A DNA stretch of 64,000 nt from an uncultured Candidatus Saccharibacteria bacterium. Its GTDB lineage: Bacteria; Patescibacteriota; Minisyncoccia; Phycocordibacterales; SBAW01. Made by a program: the position numbers and the translations under genes. The notes under the pieces are model-generated. The model did not search any database. It was given only the letters and a program-made list of their open reading frames with translations, and was not told the DNA's origin. The stretch is from assembly GCA_964355655.1 (NCBI GenBank), contig CAYHDT010000003.1:15867-79866 (forward strand), read 5' to 3'. Positions 57,532 to 64,000 of the stretch are shown one piece after another (position 1 is the stretch's first letter; every line of letters starts with the position of its first letter).

Positions 57532-57753
57532 ATGTACGTCAAAGTACGGGTTATCGCGGGAGCCAAAAAAGAATCAATAGAAGAGGTGTCGGCCGGGCAT
57601 TTTAAAATTTCGGTCAGAGAGCCGGCCGAGCGCAACCTGGCCAACCGCCGTATCATAGAACTCGTTGCCGGACACTATCGCCTTTCTCCAAAACAAGTAC
57701 GCATAATCAGCGGGCACACCAGCCCGTCTAAAATACTGTCTATCCCTGATTAA
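57532..57753 (+). CDS. DUF167 (YggU-like) protein
   Basis: VKVRV, EPAERNLAN, IISGHTSPSK. Confidence 0.85.
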   Translation: MYVKVRVIAGAKKESIEEVSAGHFKISVREPAERNLANRRIIELVAGHYRLSPKQVRIISGHTSPSKILSIPD

Positions 57754-57788
57754 AATAAAAAGGCGGTCAAAAGACCGCCCTGCAGTCA

Positions 57789-58382
57789 CTACATTTTTTT
57801 GTTGCGCACTCTCCTCATGCGATGCGCCGCGGCCCACGCGGAGCGGCGTTTGCGAAGCCGGGTAAAGCGGGCCTTCAAAACCTCGCGCGCCTCCACCCAA
57901 CGCTCTTTGACGAGGGTCTTGAAATGTTTCTTCACTGCAAGCACTCGTTTAACCCACACTTGTCGGTTAAACCACCGGCGGTTCCACCGGTACCAAGCAT
58001 AACCGCGCCTAATCCAAAACACGGCCAGAAGCTGTGTGTGATACAGGCCGAGCACATAGTTGAGGACGGGAACCGCCGTCCATTTCAAGACGTGGAAAAG
58101 CAAGAAAAGTAGATAATGCCCCTGCGCAAGCACCACATACTGGTAGAACTCAAAGAACAGGAATATGCCGCCCGCAAATGCTATCGGTATCGCGGCAAAC
58201 CAGAGTGGTTGCCCACGCAGCCAGTCTTCGAGCCGTCTGAGGCCGACAAAGACGATGAACCGGTGTACGAGTTGAGTCAGCGGTTCGAGTACCCACTCGA
58301 CCGCCACGATGACCACAATAAGCGCAATGATGAGCGCGCGGCGTATAGGCCGGTTTTCGAAGAATCTGGAGCTATCGCTCAC
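57789..58382 (-). CDS. Hypothetical membrane protein with basic C-terminus
   Basis: Several TMs, AAGGAGG before GTG. Confidence 0.7.
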   Translation of the reverse strand: MSDSSRFFENRPIRRALIIALIVVIVAVEWVLEPLTQLVHRFIVFVGLRRLEDWLRGQPLWFAAIPIAFAGGIFLFFEFYQYVVLAQGHYLLFLLFHVLKWTAVPVLNYVLGLYHTQLLAVFWIRRGYAWYRWNRRWFNRQVWVKRVLAVKKHFKTLVKERWVEAREVLKARFTRLRKRRSAWAAAHRMRRVRNKKM

Positions 58383-58482
58383 GTAAACCTCCTTCGTGAG
58401 AATCTAGGAATCAGAGTATAATATATTGCAAAAAAGTCAATAGTTCGGGAAACGCAAAAGCCGTGTTTTAAAATACTCCTTG

Positions 58483-58564
58483 TGGGCACGGGGAGAGTCG
58501 AACTCCCATGTCTTTCGACACACGCTTCTGAGACGTGCGCGGCTACCAGTTACGCCACGTGCCC
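58483..58564 (-). tRNA. tRNA-Leu(CAG)
   Basis: Acceptor GGGCACG/CGTGCCC, anticodon loop CT-CAG-AA, long variable arm, GTTCGA T loop; CCA not encoded. Confidence 0.93.
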
Positions 58565-58576
58565 ATGTTTTGTAGA

Positions 58577-59275
58577 TTACACCAAAAGGGGGCTGTTACG
58601 CGAGCGTAGGATGCCTTCGGCGCGCACTAAGTCCTCTGGGTACCCTATTTGTATCCATTGCTCGCTTTCTACCCCCGCCAGGGCGTGGTCGCGCGCATAA
58701 GCCTCAACCATGTCGGTTAGATATCTCTCGCCATTAGCACGGACTTCCGCCGGGTACGAAAAAACATTTTCATCAAGCAAATAGACGCCGGTCGAGACTA
58801 AATTAGACTTCGGTTGCGGCGGTTTTTCCTCGATGCCGAGTACCCGCCCATCATCATCGAGAGTCACGACGCCGAACCGGGTGGGGTCTGCCGCGTGAGC
58901 CAAGAGCATCCCCCGCTCCTGCCGAAGTAATTTTTCTAAATCATTTTTTGCATAAATATCATCGGCATAGACGGTTAAAAATCTCCCGCCGGTAAGATGA
59001 GGGCGCGCTAACAAAAGAGCCGACCCTGTCCCCGTGGGAGCCGTTTGGCGCACAAATGACACCTTTTTATCCGCTACTTGCGTCGCGATGTATGCGCGTA
59101 TCTGCTCCTCTTTATAGCCGACAATGAAAATTATTTCGTCTACCTCGTCCGGCAGGCACGCAAGCGTGTAGGAAAGCAACGGCTTGCCGCACACTTGCAA
59201 CAAAGGCTTCGGGGTCTCGAGAGTCAGCGGCTGCATGCGCTTGCCCTCCCCTGCCGCAAAAATAACCGCTTGCAT
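58577..59275 (-). CDS. Sugar-phosphate nucleotidyltransferase
   Basis: AAGEGKRMQPLT, PKPL, GTG, EEKP, GVY. Confidence 0.88.
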   Translation of the reverse strand: MQAVIFAAGEGKRMQPLTLETPKPLLQVCGKPLLSYTLACLPDEVDEIIFIVGYKEEQIRAYIATQVADKKVSFVRQTAPTGTGSALLLARPHLTGGRFLTVYADDIYAKNDLEKLLRQERGMLLAHAADPTRFGVVTLDDDGRVLGIEEKPPQPKSNLVSTGVYLLDENVFSYPAEVRANGERYLTDMVEAYARDHALAGVESEQWIQIGYPEDLVRAEGILRSRNSPLLV

Positions 59276-59367
59276 TACCGACTTAAACTTCCTGTAAAGC
59301 GGGAAGGATACCGCTGCATGAGACTTATCTTCCATTTTGTAACTGATGTGCTACCATGCCCAAACAT

Positions 59368-59440
59368 GCGCGCTTAGCTCAGTTGGTAGAGCATTCGACT
59401 GATACTCGAAAGGTCCTAGGTTCGATCCCTAGAGCGCGCA
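59368..59440 (+). tRNA. tRNA-Ile(GAT)
   Basis: Acceptor GCGCGCT/AGCGCGC, TAGCTCAGTTGGTAGAGC D arm, TTCGA-CTGATAC-TCGAA anticodon arm, GGTTCGATCCC; CCA not encoded. Confidence 0.9.
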
Positions 59441-59575
59441 CAAAACACCAAAAATCTGCCCTGCGGCAGATTTTGCGGTTTTGTGCGAGCCGGAGCGATG
59501 TCCCGCATTGGCGGGACCGCGAGGCAAGGTCGTGCGGCAATGTGCGCGACGGCGCACATTGAACGCCCTGACCAC
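59438..59575 (+). repeat. Multi-hairpin element E, copy 1 (at tRNA 3' end)
   Basis: 59438-59538 aligns without gaps to 61726-61826; extra hairpin AATGTGCGC-GACG-GCGCACATT; ends in GACCAC. Confidence 0.85.
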
Positions 59576-59598
59576 AGACTAGTGAGCCCTACCGAGAG
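59573..59598 (+). repeat. Partial repeat unit R0 (tail only)
   Basis: CACAGACTAGTGAG-CCCT-ACCGAGAG matches the R2 tail CACAGACTAGTGAG-ACAG-ACCGAGAG. Confidence 0.8.
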
Positions 59599-59682
59599 AC
59601 CTCTTTTTCTCGTTTCTTATTTTTTGTTTTGTGGTATAGTCCCGCCAGATGAATCAGGGAGCGGCTTCTTGCCGATACGTTG

Positions 59683-60093
59683 ATGAAATCAAAAGAACCT
59701 CTGGTCTTGGGAAAGGAGTTACCCAAGACTGCGCCCGCGCTTTGGAAAGAGCGTCGGGCACGTGATTTTCGGAATCCTGCGCATTTCATTCTCCATCATT
59801 ATCGCTCGTACCTTGGAGAGCGTGGCAAAGTTTTGGGAATGACACAGGCCGATATCGAGCCGCTTGATCCAGGCCTATATGTCGCAATTCGTAATTGGCC
59901 GCGTTTCAATAAAAATCGCCAGAGTGCCGACTTCCTCAGGCTAAAAGATCGGATGCCCACTTTGTTTGAACGCAACGACGAAATCATCGCTGCTATTTTG
60001 GAAGGGCGCGGTGTTCCCGGCTTGACCATGCAGAGCTTGACCGCACTTTTTCAGGCTCTACAGCGAAGAAAAAAGAAGACCCAACTACGTTAG
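59683..60093 (+). CDS. Cargo 1: basic hypothetical protein
   Basis: 136 codons, upstream TGGTATAGT, downstream terminator. Confidence 0.65.
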   Translation: MKSKEPLVLGKELPKTAPALWKERRARDFRNPAHFILHHYRSYLGERGKVLGMTQADIEPLDPGLYVAIRNWPRFNKNRQSADFLRLKDRMPTLFERNDEIIAAILEGRGVPGLTMQSLTALFQALQRRKKKTQLR

Positions 60094-60118
60094 ACCCGCC
60101 TCGGCGGGTCACTTTTTT
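60093..60118 (+). terminator. Intrinsic terminator of cargo 1
   Basis: GACCCGCC-TC-GGCGGGTC-AC-TTTTTT. Confidence 0.8.
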
Positions 60119-60122
60119 GCCA

Positions 60123-60234
60123 GACCGAGAGGTCCAAGTCTGCTATACTCAAACTACCAAAACGGTCCTTGAGGTGCCTCACTGGCACAGGTTCGAGACC
60201 GAGACGGGGCACATGTTAGTGAGACAGACCGAGA
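60123..60234 (+). repeat. Repeat unit R1 (112 bp)
   Basis: GACCGAGA x3, TGCTATACT, GGTTCGAGACCGAGACGGGGCACA; 11 mismatches to R2 by eye. Confidence 0.92.
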
Positions 60235-60255
60235 GGGGTTTATTGTATAAAAATA

Positions 60256-60281
60256 CCCGCCGCAGATCGCTTTGCGGCGGG
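60256..60281. terminator. Terminator-like hairpin after R1/cargo 2
   Basis: CCCGCCGCAGA-TCGC-TTTGCGGCGGG, A-rich flank. Confidence 0.7.
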
Positions 60282-60305
60282 GGCGCCGTAACCCTGGTCA
60301 GGTTA

Positions 60306-60701
60306 TTATCTCGAGGTCGAGGGAACTACAGGGATGGGTGATATGGCGAAAGCGGGTAACCCCCCAATCATTACTTCAATAATATGAAGGGTTGTACCGC
60401 CGAAGTTGTATGTCCCGACAAGTCGCACCACCTTGAATTCTGTCAGGACAGTGAGGGGGTCTTCAATGCAGATATTTAGAACCCTCGTCTTTTGCTTCCA
60501 TAGGACTAATGCCTCTTGATATCCGGATGATTGGTGGAGGTCTAATACTTGGCGTAAGTCGCTCTCTTTGCGGCAATACTCGCTTGCCGCACGGTAGGTT
60601 TGTCCAGTCTGCAGTGTGTCAAAGTCGCGGATATTCTGCGACCATGCCAGCGTACTATAAAAGCGTAAGGCAAGAGCTAGCGTAAGAGCTCGAGTTAGCA
60701 T
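60306..60701 (-). CDS. Cargo 2: putative secreted protein
   Basis: Signal-peptide-like N-terminus, two Cys, GAGGAGG RBS. Confidence 0.7.
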   Translation of the reverse strand: MLTRALTLALALRFYSTLAWSQNIRDFDTLQTGQTYRAASEYCRKESDLRQVLDLHQSSGYQEALVLWKQKTRVLNICIEDPLTVLTEFKVVRLVGTYNFGGTTLHIIEVMIGGLPAFAISPIPVVPSTSR

Positions 60702-60778
60702 TGAATCCTCCTCGAATCATATTTGTACGGCTGCCGACATTCTGTCATAAATACAAAAATATGCTATTAAAAACTCCT

Positions 60779-60890
60779 GACCGAGAGGCCTAAGTCTGTT
60801 AAACTTAAACTACCAAAACGGTCCTTACGGTGCCTCACTGACACAGGTTCGAGACCGAGACGGGGCACAGACTAGTGAGACAGACCGAGA
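60779..60890 (+). repeat. Repeat unit R2 (112 bp)
   Basis: Gap-free match to R1, 656 bp downstream. Confidence 0.92.
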
Positions 60891-60932
60891 GTCATCCGGG
60901 CAGTAGAGATTTTAGTAAGTCAAAAAGAAAAT

Positions 60933-60958
60933 CCCGCCGAAGCTTGCGCTACGGCGGG
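60933..60958. terminator. Terminator-like hairpin after R2/cargo 3
   Basis: CCCGCCG...CGGCGGG with A-rich flank. Confidence 0.6.
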
Positions 60959-60995
60959 GCTGCGATTGGAGGGACTTATGCCGGAATGGCGTCAA

Positions 60996-61559
60996 TCAGG
61001 TTGTGAATTTTTTGGCGCGTTCATTCCAGAGCATCCTGCTTATTGTCAGTGGCACTAGGCTGAGCCCCGCGCCGACCGCCAATTGTGCAAACATGAGGCC
61101 CATGGTTTCGATCGAGACTTCCAATCGAGCCCAAGTGACCACTACTGAAACAGCCGTTACTACCACAAAGATGGCCGACGCGATGGTCCATCCTCGGGCT
61201 TCAGGCTCCCAGTAGTGCCATGGAGCGCGACGCCTGTCGGCCGCTTCGCGCAGGAGCGTCATACAGGTTACGTAGTCGCCGCCGGGGAGACCGTAGTTGA
61301 GCGCATACCATTGCCGAGCCTTGTGGCCGGCGATGAGCATATGCAACGGATCATTTTTCTCCTTCCGCGGTGCCGTATAGACCATGATGGGGCAGTACTC
61401 GGGCAAGCTCTGCTCGATGAGCTCACGGAACGCTTCCGGAAGTACATCGGTCAACGGCTCCAACTGAAGATCGTCCAGATGCGTGTAAGTCGCATCCAAG
61501 TCCAGGCACAGCCGAAGGAGTTCGGCCATACGTTGGGGAATCAATTTTGCCTCGGCCAT
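60996..61559 (-). CDS. Cargo 3: hypothetical protein with two C-terminal TM helices
   Basis: 187 codons, GAGGAGG RBS. Confidence 0.72.
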   Translation of the reverse strand: MAEAKLIPQRMAELLRLCLDLDATYTHLDDLQLEPLTDVLPEAFRELIEQSLPEYCPIMVYTAPRKEKNDPLHMLIAGHKARQWYALNYGLPGGDYVTCMTLLREAADRRRAPWHYWEPEARGWTIASAIFVVVTAVSVVVTWARLEVSIETMGLMFAQLAVGAGLSLVPLTISRMLWNERAKKFTT

Positions 61560-61639
61560 TTGAACCTCCTCGGTCAGGCCATTTCTTCTGGAGTAGATAG
61601 AACCACAGAATTAGATGGTGAGCAACGTTTTTACACCCT

Positions 61640-61730
61640 GACCGAGACGCCTAACTCTGCTAAACTGAAACTATCCAAACGGTCCTTGTGGTGTCTTACT
61701 GACACAGGGTCCAGACCGAGGTGGGGCACA
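61640..61730 (+). repeat. Repeat unit R3 (first 91 bp, diverged)
   Basis: Gap-free match to R1/R2 up to GGGGCACA, then continues into element E copy 2. Confidence 0.88.
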
Positions 61731-61826
61731 AAACGCCAAAAATCTGCCCTGCGGCAGATTTTGCGGTTTTGTGCGAGCCGTAGCGATGCCCAGCAAGTGC
61801 TGGGCCGCGAGGCAGGGTCGTGCGGC
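61726..61826 (+). repeat. Multi-hairpin element E, copy 2
   Basis: 101-bp direct repeat of 59438-59538 with compensatory stem changes. Confidence 0.88.
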
Positions 61827-61913
61827 TAAATTTTGCCGTCGCAGGTGAAGCGGGACGGTATCTGCTCGTTATGTTTGAATGCGGGGGAGGTAAGGTTCAT
61901 AGGTAGTAACTCG

Positions 61914-62492
61914 TTAATCAATAATCGCCCTGCCTGCGTACCCAAAGTATCTGTCGCCGAAATCGCCGATTCCAGGCACAATCACACTATGCTCATCGAG
62001 TCCTTGGTCGACCGCCCCGAGTATGATGTTTTTTTCGGGGATTAACTTCGCCAGGCGCGTACGGCCCTCTGGGGCGGCGACAATGCCGACGAAGTATATA
62101 TTTTTGGAATCTGCGCCCCGCTCCTTAAGCCTCTCGACTGTCGCTTCGGCAGTGCCTCCCGTTGCGAGCATCGGATCAAGGATAATAATTACGTTCTTCG
62201 GGGAGACCGGCGGCAGGTTTTCGTAATACCGGCGCGGATTGAGCGTATGTTCATCCCGTTTCAAACCAAAGACTCCCACCGGAACTCCCGGGAATGCCTG
62301 TACGGCCGCATCAAAAAAGACAATCGCGGCGCGGAGGATGATAACAATAATCGCGCGGTGCGGATTACCTCCATGTTCACACACGAGCACACGAGTCTTT
62401 TGCATCAGATGACCGCACATAATCTGTGCCGCGCGGCGAAATTCCGCCGTCCCGGTCCCTCTATCTCGAAGTATTTTGAGTGATGACTCCAT
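61914..62492 (-). CDS. upp: Uracil phosphoribosyltransferase
   Basis: LRD...EFR, ILRAA, DPMLATGGT, IVPGIGDFGDRYFG. Confidence 0.92.
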   Translation of the reverse strand: MESSLKILRDRGTGTAEFRRAAQIMCGHLMQKTRVLVCEHGGNPHRAIIVIILRAAIVFFDAAVQAFPGVPVGVFGLKRDEHTLNPRRYYENLPPVSPKNVIIILDPMLATGGTAEATVERLKERGADSKNIYFVGIVAAPEGRTRLAKLIPEKNIILGAVDQGLDEHSVIVPGIGDFGDRYFGYAGRAIID

Positions 62493-62496
62493 TTAT

Positions 62497-63138
62497 TTAT
62501 TTCTTCGCACCGGTGAGAAAACGCGCGAACCACTTCGTAGCGAGGGCGGCAACACGTTCAAGGGCTCCGGATTCCTCGAAGAGGTGCGTCGCGCCGGGGA
62601 CGATCTCCAGCTTCTTCTCGCCACGCAGCGCGGCGAGTGCCTGCTCGTTTAGCTCGATAACGCCGTGATCCTCGCCGCCGACGATAAGGAGTGTCGACGC
62701 TTCGACTTTGCCGAGTTCGTCAATGGCGAGGTCCGGCCTGCCGCCGCGCGACACTACGGCGGCTACTTTTTTGCCGAGCCTCGCCGCGAGAATGAGCGCG
62801 GCTGCCGCCCCCGTCGACGCCCCAAAGAGCCCCACGGCAAGATCTTTCGTTCCCGACTCGTCTCCAAGCCAGCGAAAGACCCTGCCGAGGCGCTCTGTCA
62901 GAAGGCCGATGTTAAATCGGGTCTCGTACACTTCATCCTCCTTCTCGGTCAGCAGGTCAATGAGCAAAGTCGCGATTCCGGCCTTTTGCAGTTCTTTTGC
63001 GACGAATGCGTTGCGCGGCGAGAATCGGCTGCTACCGCTTCCGTGCACAAAAAGCACGATGCCGGAAGCCCCTCCCGGCACGGAGAGGATTCCTTCGAGG
63101 ACGACGCCGTCAACTTTTATGTGTGTTTCTTGCTCCAT
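62497..63138 (-). CDS. Dienelactone-hydrolase-family alpha/beta hydrolase
   Basis: HGSGSSRFSPRN, GASTG, SRGGRPDL, GATHLFEE. Confidence 0.9.
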   Translation of the reverse strand: MEQETHIKVDGVVLEGILSVPGGASGIVLFVHGSGSSRFSPRNAFVAKELQKAGIATLLIDLLTEKEDEVYETRFNIGLLTERLGRVFRWLGDESGTKDLAVGLFGASTGAAAALILAARLGKKVAAVVSRGGRPDLAIDELGKVEASTLLIVGGEDHGVIELNEQALAALRGEKKLEIVPGATHLFEESGALERVAALATKWFARFLTGAKK

Positions 63139-63763
63139 ATGCCGATCGCATCATCCTAATAACCTCGTCGTCTTCGACCTGCTCGAACGTTTCGTAGTGT
63201 GCGCCGACCGCACCCATAAACTCCTCGGGCGGCTCGAGGACGACTATTTCGTCAGCCCCTTCATCCTTGAGCGCCCGCAGAGCCCCGGCGGGAGCAACGG
63301 GCACCGCCACGATAACTTTCTCCGGCTTCTGCACCTTTGCGGAGAGCACGGCGAGCCGCATAGTAAGCCCCGTCGCGATTCCGTCGTCCACGATGATAAC
63401 AATCTCCCCCGCAAGGCCCAAAGGCTCCTTTCCCTCGCGATAGGCGCTACTGCGACGCTTCGCCTCCTGCTTCTGCCGCCCGGTCTCTTCTTTAAGCCAT
63501 GACCGGTCCACCGCTTTGGTCTCCGCTTCGTTCAAAATAGTAGTCCCGTTCTCGTCGACCGCCCCTATCGCGTATTCCGGATTCGTCGGGTGACCTATCT
63601 TGCGCACCGCAACAATATCGAGCGGAAGCTTGAGCGTGCGGGCAATCTCAAAACCGGTGACCACTCCGCCGCGGGGGAGCGCAAGCACGACCGCATGAGT
63701 GCCCGCGTATCCGCGCAGCCTTTCGGCAAGTTTTTGTCCGGCCTCCTTTCTGTCTTTAAACAT
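63110..63763 (-). CDS. Phosphoribosyltransferase-family protein
   Basis: FKDRKEAG, LPRGGV, VDDGIATG, AVGAHY. Confidence 0.9.
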   Translation of the reverse strand: MFKDRKEAGQKLAERLRGYAGTHAVVLALPRGGVVTGFEIARTLKLPLDIVAVRKIGHPTNPEYAIGAVDENGTTILNEAETKAVDRSWLKEETGRQKQEAKRRSSAYREGKEPLGLAGEIVIIVDDGIATGLTMRLAVLSAKVQKPEKVIVAVPVAPAGALRALKDEGADEIVVLEPPEEFMGAVGAHYETFEQVEDDEVIRMMRSAYGARNTHKS

Positions 63764-63859
63764 GTTTATACGCTATTTCGGTCGCACTCACTCTCGTTCC
63801 GAGGCTTTTAATCTCGCGATACTTGGCCCCGCCGAGAACAGGGCCTTTCTCGCTACCGC

Positions 63860-64000
63860 TCATGCGTGACTTCTAGCCGATGTCGACTCCGAGACCGACC
63901 CCGCGCCCCAAAGTCCGACTACGGCAATAACCGCCCCGAGGATACCGAACGTCCACCCGAGCGTTGCGCCGGTGACCGCAGAATTGAAGACCGCTACTAC
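63860..64000 (-). CDS. C-terminus of a small membrane protein (runs off window)
   Basis: Reads VVAVFNSAVTGATLGWTFGILGAVIAVVGLWGAGSVSESTSARSHA*. Confidence 0.55.
   Translation of the reverse strand, partial: VVAVFNSAVTGATLGWTFGILGAVIAVVGLWGAGSVSESTSARSHA

Noticed and set aside
59441-59600. HDV-like (theta) ribozyme in the tRNA trailer
   Set aside because: Could not identify the nested double-pseudoknot core by eye; not supported without a covariance search.
60117-60341. 74-aa ORF across R1 (and 61215-61829 across R3)
   Set aside because: No RBS, weak starts, and start/stop positions not shared between copies; by-product of the repeat.
60123-61730. CRISPR array interpretation of R1-R3
   Set aside because: Repeats are ~112 bp, spacers are hundreds of bp and protein-coding, and there are no cas genes.
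60123-61730. Classical integron attC sites or intact extra tRNAs
   Set aside because: No GTTRRRY/RYYYAAC boundaries or intI; units lack D and anticodon arms, so only the 3' end is tRNA-like.
63891-63900. GAGACCGA motif similar to the R-unit core
   Set aside because: Short match inside a coding region without the rest of the unit.

Overview
Bacterial chromosomal window; gene content and style (VirD4-like ATPase beside a lamin-tail/PKD protein, many apparently leaderless genes, tRNAs without encoded CCA) suggest Patescibacteria/CPR, which is an inference. About 1.4-47 kb is a large, mostly minus-strand cell-surface glycan region: O-antigen-ligase/TPR protein, split ADP-heptose-type genes, an ABC exporter, a nonulosonic-acid-like module with an FAD-oxidoreductase::NeuB fusion, rmlABCD, many GT2/GT4/GT9/GT-C transferases and methyltransferases. 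Housekeeping genes are the secA start, murB, rsmI, murC, murD, upp, tRNA-Leu(CAG) and tRNA-Ile(GAT). Stand-alone genes with their own Shine-Dalgarno sites and terminators are interspersed. The most striking structure is at 59.4-61.8 kb, directly behind tRNA-Ile: three conserved ~112-bp non-coding units (promoter-like motif, structured core with a tRNA-3'-end mimic, GACCGAGA direct repeats) separate three unrelated single-gene cargos, and two copies of a 101-bp hairpin element bracket the array. It resembles a tRNA-anchored gene-cassette array, with no recombinase in the window. A 13-codon lysine-rich micro-ORF with a structured leader lies upstream of secA. All calls are by eye from motifs; no database searches were run.
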